A stretch of 62,496 bases of DNA, the filler included, from Squatina squatina (Eukaryota): the NCBI GenBank assembly GCA_031763465.1. It is 3 parts of 3 records of this genome, joined end to end, with 100 filler letters (N's around TTAATTAATTAA, not from the genome) between each part and the next. Parts side by side here need not be neighbours in the genome. Positions count along the whole stretch, not along the records: positions 47,933 to 62,496 come from JARFOE010000219.1; 2 more parts are not named here. One strand, written 5' to 3'. Below the pieces are notes generated by a model. The model was not told the origin of the DNA and searched no databases. It worked only from the letters and a program-made list of their open reading frames with translations. Shown here piece after piece: positions 52,901-62,496 of the stretch; position 1 is the stretch's first letter; each line of letters starts with the position of its first letter. The position numbers and the translations under genes are program-made.

Positions 52901-55900
52901 TGACGATGGGTCTTTTGCCTCTTCTGCACCATCTCTCAGATTGAATTACAATTCATCTAGCATGCTTTATTTTTTAAGAGAGGTGTTGATGTCATATTAA
53001 ACCTGTCATATAAAGTTGGGGTTATGCAAGTAGCCATGATCAGTAGCCAGAAACCCCAAGCCAATCAAGAGACAGAGAGTGGAGGATTTGGCAAACAAAC
53101 AAAATTGGTTGATTTAATTTTTATTTAGAGGTCAAGTCTGCCATCTTTGATTTGAAATAAAAAGGATTATTGTGTAATAAATCATTGAGGGACTACAAAT
53201 AGGAGTGATTTCGGATAGGGAATGGTGAATGAAGGTTTATCAACCNNNNNNNNNNNNNNNNNNNNNNNNNNNNNNNNNNNNNNNNNNNNNNNNNNNNNNN
53301 NNNNNNNNNNNNNNNNNNNNNNNNNNNNNNNNNNNNNNNNNNNNNCAGCTCACAATTGCTGTCAATTCACTGGGCGTTTTGCAAAATATTTAAAAGAAAT
53401 ATTCTGCAATTACTTTTCACGGGCACTGGTGTCTCTTTAATATGAAACGTGTGTGCACAAAACTCTAGTGATTTAATAGAAAGTAAACACGCTGGAGGTA
53501 TGCAACGCACAGCAACATCTGAAAGTGGGGATATAGGTTCGTATTTCAGGTAGGGACCGTTCATTAGGCCAGAACTGCAGGGCACTTACAGCATCTTTGG
53601 TGGCTGCAAACATTATTGTATCCTCACAGGTCAACGCGAAACATTGTGGATCATAGGTGATTGACCATATGGAACAAATGCTTCACCAACGACCAACATT
53701 AACTCTGGCATGGCTGTGCACGCATGCTACTGTACTTGGTAAAGGTGCTGTTTGGTGCTAATGCTGTTTCTGGATTGAACGGAATTTGTGCTGAACAGCA
53801 GTGACTGGTTTCTCTCACTGTAATGCACCCAGACTGGCTTGTCCCTTAGAAAGTGTGCTACTTCAGGAAATTATATAATGTTGTAGTGTTATATGGATGA
53901 TGACATGATGATATGGCAAGTGTATGATCAACGGTGCTGCAAGCTATTTTTACTATGTGTGTAATTGTACCGCCAATTCGAAGGTTGGAACTAGGCCAAG
54001 GACCACACAAGCTCAGACCCAATTGTTTATTTAAAAGCTCAGCTAGCGTCTATAACAGCTTGAGTATGGGCACGCAAAATTCGGGACCGAGGCTGCACTA
54101 GCCATTTCAAGATAGTTCCAGCTTTGCTCATGTGAAATACATAGATTCTGGATAAGAAAGACTAAAGATAGCATCAGTTCTATAACTGGAACTGTTAGCG
54201 TTGTCTTGATATCTTCATAATGCAAGTATTGTACTGCTTCCACATTCCAGAGTTTTATTTCTGCTGTCAATTTGCAGTTCGCTCCAGCTTGTGAACAGAG
54301 GCACTCATTTAAGAGTGACTTGAATCCAAATCAATCGAAACTGCAAACAGCTCAAGGAAGCCAGTGTTTAGTGCAGCTACTACTTGATTAAAATGAATGG
54401 CACCTTCTGAACCGCAGCTTGTCAGCCTCAGGATGGGGTTGTGCTTCGTTTTCCTGTTTAAACACACACACCGTTTCTCCAGATCACCAGTTAATTAGTC
54501 TTAACTTTGATTAGTCTCGAGCTTGCATGTCTCTTTTATAAGCTGGAAGCAATAACACATGTGCGCTGACAGTGATGGGAGAATATGCCAACTAGCACAA
54601 GTCAAAATCCATTAAGAGCTGTCAACGAAGCACAAAACTGTGAACACAGCAGACTAGGGACAGGAAGGAAACACCGTTTTGCATTTTTCGGTACTATATT
54701 TTCTTTCTCATTACCTGCTGATCTCTTTATTTTCTACGGGTTTCTGTTAAACGATACTTTTTGTAACCTTGGTCTATCATTGTTATCCCACGCTTCTCGT
54801 CCATCAAATGAATCATCGATTATTCTACGCACGATTTCATATACACCAAGTGAATGCCCAAATCTACTNNNNNNNNNNNNNNNNNNNNNNNNNNNNNNNN
54901 NNNNNNNNNNNNNNNNNNNNNNNNNNNNNNNNNNNNNNNNNNNNNNNNNNNNNNNNNNNNNNNNNNNNCTTGAAACTTTATGTAGACTTTCAAAGATATG
55001 TTCCCCATGCAGAACAGACATGGCAACTTTTGTTAGCTTACTTCAAGCGCATTAATATGTAAGCTTATAAGAACAACTGTTTCAGGCTTTCATCCCTGTA
55101 TTCTTTTTGAAAGGCCCGTGTGGATGTAAAAATGATGCTGGTGTCTTAATCCGTTTAATGTCTGCCTAATACCACAGGCACCTGCTTTATCTCTAAAGGG
55201 GCACTCAGCTTCTCCGACTTTCTCACTTTCTCACAGACACATTGCTTTCACAATTCTCATGCCTCCCAAGCACTTAACTTCAGCTGTTATCACAGACATT
55301 AGCAGAAATAAGCCTGTGGAAAATGTTTTCTGTCAAAGATATCGCAGACGGAGAGACACACACGAAAAACAAACAGGCCCCACTTCAATTCTTATTTCTT
55401 CCTTGTACTTCAAAAATAAATAAGACTCTCTCAATGTTTGCTTGGCAACATTTCCACTGTATCCGAACATGCTAAATATATATATTCAGGATTCGTTGTG
55501 AAGGGGTGTTGCTACCACAGCAAAGTGACCTGCAAGAGGATATGAGGACATGATCTGGTTAAATCAGTGTGTTTCACATCATGTCTGACGTTATTATATT
55601 TAAATCTTTGTATTAATTAAAAATATTAAAACCTTTTAAAGAGTTTACTGCAGTTATCAGACCTGCTGCAACACTAAAACTTTTCACATTGACCATATCG
55701 GTAGTGACTAAGCAGCAGAATCTTGTGAATGGGGTTGGTAGGGGGATTAAATCAGACTATGCAATATTAGTTATGAAACTGTTACTGCATTCAGATTAAA
55801 TTCCATCGTCCGCTATTTTAATGAAATTATTAACTGATTTAAAATAAATGGATTCGACGGGTAGTTAGAACAATTTCTGAGTAGCCTCTGGGATTCCCTG

Positions 55901-58900
55901 AGAAAGTGTGTGACTTTGGAAAACCCTTGTCAACACAGTGGATACAGGAATTTCCTACCAATGTGTTAACGCATCAGTTAGTAATATCACACGGTACCAT
56001 TTCAAACCAAGCTTGTTCCAGGATCGAACCCAATCTGAAAACCAATCACCTCATTGAGCCATTAATTCTCTTTTAGCCCTTACAACATTTGTTGTGTGAA
56101 GTTCCTATTTATGCTGTGTGACAACATTTCAGGCGACAAAACTTCACAGTACCATCGCTGAATTTTCTTCTTGATATTTACGGTGGTACTAAGGCATCAT
56201 TAATTCTATGCCATGAGAAAAACACAATAGAAGCACTTGCAAAACGGAAAAGCTAAGAAACAAGCAATTCACCAGTGCTGAGGTGAACTTTCTCGTTGAA
56301 ACAAAACAAATATATTTGGAGCTTAATAATGGACAACATAACCTCCTTCCAGGTGTGGGAATGCAAAAGGAACCTTCCATTAAGCAGTAAAGCCAGGATT
56401 GCTGAAAGAAGTTGAACAATAAATAGAATGAAAGGTAAGATATCCAGGGTAATGAAGCAGATGGGAGCCTCCAGAAGCCTTCACCCTCTTTCCTTCTGGT
56501 ATGACAGCTGAAGTTATGGCAGGAGCCTTGGAGAACCCCTGTGAACTTTTAAGGTCTTCTTCTTTAACTTTACAACAGCAACTACAATTCAAAAGTACTT
56601 CATTGGTTGTGAGCACATTGGGATGTTCTGAGATGAATGCAGCATTTGTCATTTTGGATATGATGACACTGCACTGTTTTGCGGTGAAGAACAGAAAAAA
56701 AGAAGCCTGATAATCACAAGCCCACAAAAATAGACTAGCACTAGTAATTTGGTAGAAAAGACATTTCTTGTGTGGCAATTTCCATTCTGAACTCTGCTAA
56801 CATTTATATACAAGTAGAATGGCTAGACATCTTAATCTATTTTAGCAACTACCAAGAAGTAATTTAATTCTGTTGACAAAAAAGATTGCTAAATATTTTG
56901 TGAAAACTGCCTGCAGGAGAAAAGAAACAAGAAGATTTGTTCTACTGTGCCAGTGAAATTATCGCAACAAATTAGTACTGGAACTAGATATTGGGTGCTT
57001 TTAAAGTAAGTTGCTTGACACCATGTGGGTTTGCTGTACTATGTTTTTTTCAAAAAATACTAATTCATGGGATGCGGGCATTGCTGGCAGGGCCAACATT
57101 TATTTCCCATNNNNNNNNNNNNNNNNNNNNNNNNNNNNNNNNNNNNNNNNNNNNNNNNNNNNNNNNNNNNNNNNNNNNNNNNNNNNNNNNNNNNNNNNNN
57201 NNNNNNNNNNACACATCCCAGGTGGGTACATCTTGACCCTTATGTCAGGATGCATCCACCTCGAATTTTTGCTCCAATTTCTTTACATAGAAGGTCCTTA
57301 AAATGTGGCATTCCCTGCCACACAATTTTAAAGCAAAGTAGATGGTTGCTTAAAAAGGAGGACTATTAAAGAGTAGCGGGAGCAAGCAATTGAGATTAGA
57401 CTAAGTGACTCATGTGGCGAAAAACACTGATGTAAACTTGGTAGGCTGGATGGCCTATTTCTGTGCTGTAACATTTAATGGTTATATAAGTCAACACATT
57501 CAGAAAAGGAGGGATGAAAAGTGTCCATAAAAATGTTCCATTGAATGCCTTAAATAATCATTGGAGGCAAATTATACACTATTACCAGCAAATCAGCCTT
57601 TACAGCAGTAATGTTCTTGTTTTGAACTTGCTTCCTTGTTGTTTATAATTCAAGATTGACGAAAAGGAATTAAGGTTTGGAAACAACATAAATACAGCAG
57701 ATTTTTAGCCTTTGCTAACAAACTCCACGTGCAATTTTCCTGTCTGGAGCAAATTGTTCCATACTGGTTTCCAATTGCAGTTGGACTCTAACTTGCATGC
57801 ACAAAGTAAAGGGACATCAATAAATGCTCATACTATATAATTACATCTTAAAAACAGGTGAGCATTTGCACTTATTTGCAACCAACAAGTTGATTTACAG
57901 ACTCAAACTGATGNNNNNNNNNNAGGAAGTAAAGGAATGGTCATTACAACACCCACAAGCAGGCAAGTTTAGAATTTGTTGGCTTTTCAGTCAGCATCGG
58001 ATGATGTCACATAAATAGTTTTGCTGATAGCACTGAGGGTTTGAGAAACGAGACTGAGTCTGAGGCTGCATTTAAAAAAAAAGAAAATTTCAGTGAATTC
58101 CATGGAGGTTATCATTTTTTTGTTCAGTTCAAGGGAAAACACGCATGGTCACAGGCGCAGGCTGCTGCTCTCTGCAGCGCATCACAATGGCTATTTGCGC
58201 TTTTTGACTCCGCACTGTACGATATTTGTGGGAAAAGCCGAAACATGGCAGCCAGCTTTTATATTTTTTCCAGTCGTAAAAGAGAGCCCTGCGGACTAAT
58301 AAACGGGGCCCTCGTAAAAGCTGGCATTGTTATCTCTGCCTAACTGTTTCATACTGGACGGGAAGAGAAACACAAGAGAATATCAGCTGATGGAAAACCT
58401 ACAACCTTTCCACCTGCGGCTCCAACTGAATTCCTTCAGTCGCTTTCACAGAATCCTGTCATTATACTCTATTTTTCCTCTGTAATTTCTGATTTTTTTT
58501 GCCTCTGTCCTATGTGTGCTTTTTAAAGGTCTTTGTTTATTTGTGTTATCATCTACCTCCTGGGACTCTGTTGGAGGTGGGGGTTACATTCATAGACGTT
58601 TTTGAAGTCCCATTCAAGCGAACTGGGAATTCTGATCAAAGGCTGCAGATATAATAGTGACAGCATCTTCTGCCTCTTCATAAAAAAAAGAGATTGTCTC
58701 CTGCTCCCCACAGTTCTGTCCTAACCGATTGTTTATCTCTTGTCTACACATTACTGTCAATGAGCAACACTGTGGGATAATAGGAGCAGTAGATGTTGAC
58801 TAAAAACCAGAAGTAAGGAATAAATGCATTTTTTTAAACAACAATAAAAATGTCCCGACTGCGTTTTCTTAATGAAGTGTTTACAGTTGGGGCTGATTAT

Positions 58901-59797
58901 TCAGTGGGACACAAGCACTTCCCAAAACCCAGTTGGTTTGACTTTAGTTGTACCAGGCACACTTTAGTTAAGCTCGCTCTGGGGAGCTTTACAGCTATGG
59001 AACCGAGCTCATAATATTTATGAAAGTGCTACACAAATGTTTACAGTTTTGGACAGCTAAGTGCAAGAAAGCCAAGGGACTGTCTTTTGTCAAACATTGC
59101 CTGTGTATAGTCAGGATTAGCTGGCATGTGGACACTGTTTAGGGTCAGGATTAGGAAGTATTGGTGCACTGTTTCAGATTAGGATTGAAAGCTATGAGGG
59201 CGTTGTTTAGGATCAGGAGCCATAGGGGAAATTTCCTCTCTGTTTACTATTGATATTGCAAACACAGAGGGAAATTCTGAGTGCGTGTTATTTCTAGTGA
59301 AATGATATAATAATTTTGCAAACTTGCTAGCAATTGTTATCCAGGATAATATTCTATTTTATGTTGGTGGTGTCACTGACAGAGAGCAACCAGATGAAAT
59401 CATCCCCATTAGGACATTATTTTGGGGTTTGGGAACTTGGTGGAATTAGTTAAGGTAATTATTGGAAAATCTGGTGAATATTATCGCACAAAACATGACC
59501 AAAAGTGGCACCAAATTTTATACTCCCTGAAATGGCTTTTCCTTCAAATCCCAGTTGCCTCTCTCAGTGGTTACACGTTCTGCTAATGAATTATTAATTA
59601 ACTTGTCTTTCAAAGAGAGCAACAAAGACAAATACAGATTTAGTCAGTGGACCAAGATGCTGCAAAAGTAGAACTCATTTAGTCCAGAAATTGTCTCACA
59701 GTTCAAGACAACATTGTGATTTTGATATTGCACAAAATCGATCTTTATAAAGAGGAGGTACCATGAATTGTGATAGGCGGGCACTGTATGGCTCTAA

Positions 59798-60526
59798 GGG
59801 CTAGAAATTGTGTAGGATCCCATTTGGGCTGATAAGTTTTGAATGATCGCAAAAATATTGCGAGGCGAAATGATTTTTCTGCTCCCAGGAGCTTCAGCTT
59901 TTGCGCTCCAAGAGGGAAGTGGAACACTAAATGAAGCGCTAACCACTTCCCTTAGAGTGGTAAAGTGTGAGAGAGGGGCGGTAGCGGCAGAGCACTGAAC
60001 AATGTTCAGTGCAGTGCTGCCGCCTTTAGAGGCTCCTTCCCTCGCTTAAAGGAGTTCAATCAACCTTGATGCTCTGTCTGTTGGGCCACGGGACCTGCAT
60101 GACATGCATTACAGCCCCAAGCACTCTATGAGGGTAGAGGGCTGAGGAATCGCAGGGTCAAAAGAAATCAGAAGGCACCAGACTGGGGAGAGTAATAAAG
60201 TTTACCCTACCTGACCAACACTGCCTTTAAATATCGCTCCCCAAATGGCCAGCCAAGGTGACAACGCCTCCTGCATCTGGTGTTGTTGATTCCCGGCGAT
60301 GCAGGAATGAATATCGTATCCAGGGAGCTAATGGGGTGCTGTGCACCGGATGACATCACGATCCACGGGGCACAAAAGATCGAGGCGGTAAATGTTAGAG
60401 CTAGCACACCAGGAAAGTTCCCGGGTGTCGGTGAATTCACAACGGCCATTCAGTAACCCCTTAGCACCCTATTACCGCCGCCCACAGGCACAAATAGGAG
60501 GTGCAAACAGGTGAATTTCTCCCCCG
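59798..60526. mobile_element. Non-autonomous DNA-transposon-like element
   Basis: Ends gggctagaaatt ... aatttctccccc. Internal inverted pieces such as ggggcggta / taccgcc. Confidence 0.5.
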
Positions 60527-60529
60527 TAG

Positions 60530-61526
60530 GTTTTAACAAGGGCTTAAAGGAGGATAGAGGTGGAGAGTCTGAGAGACTTATGAAGGAAATACCAAAGATT
60601 AGGGCCTAGACGCCTGAAGGCACAGCTGCCAATGGTGGTGGGAAGGGAGTAGGGAAACACAAGAGGCCAGAGTTGGATGAACGCAGGGTACTGGAGGGCG
60701 AGAATTTTAATTTCAAAGTGTTAGTGGATTGGGTGAGCACAAGGTGATAGATGAGAAGGACTTGCTGTAGTTTGAGATATGGCCAGCAGAGTTTTGGATG
60801 AGCTCAAAGTTTATGGAAGCTGGAAGATGGCAGATGGCAGGCCGACCAGGACAGCATGGAATGGTCAAGTCTGGAGGCAACAAAAGCAAGGATGAGGATT
60901 TCAGCAATAGATGAGTTGAGGCAGCAGTGGATACAGGTGATGTTACAGAGGTGGAAGTAGGAAGTCTTTGTCATGGGGAGGATATGGAATTGGAAGCTCA
61001 GCTCTGGGTCAGATATGATGCCAAACTGCAAAAAGTCTGATTCAGCTGGAGACAGTAGCCAAGGAGAGTAATGGAATTGGTGTGGCGTGTTGAGTTTTGT
61101 GGCGGGGTTGAAGACAATGGCTTCGGTCTTCCCAATTTTAATTGGAGGAAATTGCAGCTCATCCAGAACTGGATGCCAGACAAGCAGCCAGACAACACAG
61201 AGGCAGGGAAGGGATTAAGAGAGATGGTGGTGAGGTAGAGTTGGATGTGGTCAGCCTCAATGTGGAACCTGATGTCATGTCCTCAGATCATGTCACTGAG
61301 AGGCAGCATGTGGATGAGAAATGGAAGGTAGTAAATGATAGATTCTTTGCAAATTCCAGAGAACGGTGCAGGGGTGGGAAGAAAAGTCATTGCAGGAGGA
61401 CCTCTAGCTACAGCTGGATAGGCAAGAATGGAACTAAGAGGCAGCACTCCCCCTCAGCTGGTCGACAGGTGAGAAGCACTGGAGGATGACGGTGTGGTCA
61501 ACCCTGACAAAGGCGGCAGAGAGATC
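60530..61526 (-). mobile_element. L2-clade LINE ORF2 RT/3' fragment
   Basis: DLSAAFVRVDHTVILQ, FWMSCNFLQLKLG, AEILILAFVASRLD. Same family as 8270-9590. Confidence 0.85.
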
Positions 61527-61949
61527 NNNNNNNNNNNNNNNNNNNNNNNNNNNNNNNNNNNNNNNNNNNNNNNNNNNNNNNNNNNNNNNNNNNNNNNNNN
61601 NNNNNNNNNNNNNNNNNNNNNNNNNNAAACATAGGTATGGCTCGGAAAAACTAATTTTGATTTGATGCAGTGTCAAATTTATCCATTTTAATAAAAAATA
61701 ACATTTTTAGACAACTTTAAGAATAAATTGCATTTTTGTTAAAAGTTTATTCATCTTTATTTCAGGTTTGCATTTTCCCCATGTGAGAGTCCCAATCTTT
61801 CCAACATTTTTAAAAAGTTGATTTGAACTTTGCGTCGGAAAAGAGGAACTTCTCGACACAGAGATCACGGGATCTTTATGCGAAGCTTACTTCGGGGCCA
61901 GCGGCGAATGCCTTAGCTTTGCTGTTGACCGCAAATCCCAGACCAATCT

Positions 61950-62145
61950 GTTTTAGTGATGTTGGTTGAGGGATAAATACTCTCCAGGAGTGCTCTCCTG
62001 TTCTTCTCCAAAATAGTGTCGCGGGATATTTTATGTTCGCCTGAGAGAGCAGAAAAAGCCTTGGTTTAACGTCTCACCTGAAAGATGGCACCTTCGACAG
62101 TGCAGCACTCCCTCAGTACTGCACTGGAGTATCAGCCCAGATATA
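61950..62145 (-). mobile_element. Deu-domain SINE (SacSINE1/AmnSINE-like) fragment
   Basis: ggtttaacgtctcacctgaaagatggcaccttcgacagtgcagcactccctcagtactgcactgga, recalled as the Deu-SINE core. The family name is inferred. Confidence 0.6.
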
Positions 62146-62496
62146 CGGCTTCCTTACTAATAAAAAGGAATAGAAATACATATGTGTGGATTAAATATAT
62201 ATATTTTTGATACTTTCTTAGCTCTGTTCTGGAAGGCCCAACCACTTCAATAAAGGGATTCTCATCAAATATGTATGATCAACTAGTATGACTACAAAGA
62301 TATTGCAAATTCCTTTGTAACCTCATGCAATATCACCAAAAGTAATGCAGCTTCCTCGCCAATGCGAGCTTAAATCCCCAGCTGGTCCTTCTTAGCTAAG
62401 TTCACGATGGAAACCGTGTCTGAACATCACTCTGCTTTTATAGTATACAATTGCACCAGACAGTCTGGAACTAATTTTCTGGAAATCGTTTCCCCT

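Overview
Eukaryotic vertebrate DNA, very likely from a cartilaginous fish (shark). That call rests on the HER1-type CR1 LINE ends, a Deu-domain SINE resembling SacSINE1 and tandem GPR139-like receptors. The assembly is heavily gapped. Two artificial 100-nt spacers (44 N + TTAATTAATTAA + 44 N; 24250-24349 and 47833-47932) split the window into three unrelated scaffolds, and many 100-N gaps join short contigs inside each. Scaffold 1 (1-24249) is a mosaic. It holds a five-exon, in-frame hAT-transposase-like gene (C17orf113/ZNF862-like) with tiny introns and a D-to-N change at the predicted second catalytic Asp. It also holds single exons of NCKIPSD, CCDC102A and OSGIN1-like, two NR2C2 exons with a 1-kb minisatellite just past the stop, two paralogous C2H2 zinc-finger genes, and L2, CR1 and Penelope fragments. 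Scaffold 2 (24350-47832) carries three BMP5 exons (minus strand), a frameshifted GCNT-like C-terminal exon, a CR1 interrupted by an unexplained 0.8-kb insert, a tandem pair of GPR139-like GPCRs and several MITEs. Scaffold 3 (47933-62496) looks non-coding: repeats plus one candidate posterior-Hox enhancer. Gene identities come from recalled similarity to human proteins, not from a database search. Repeat boundaries are approximate.
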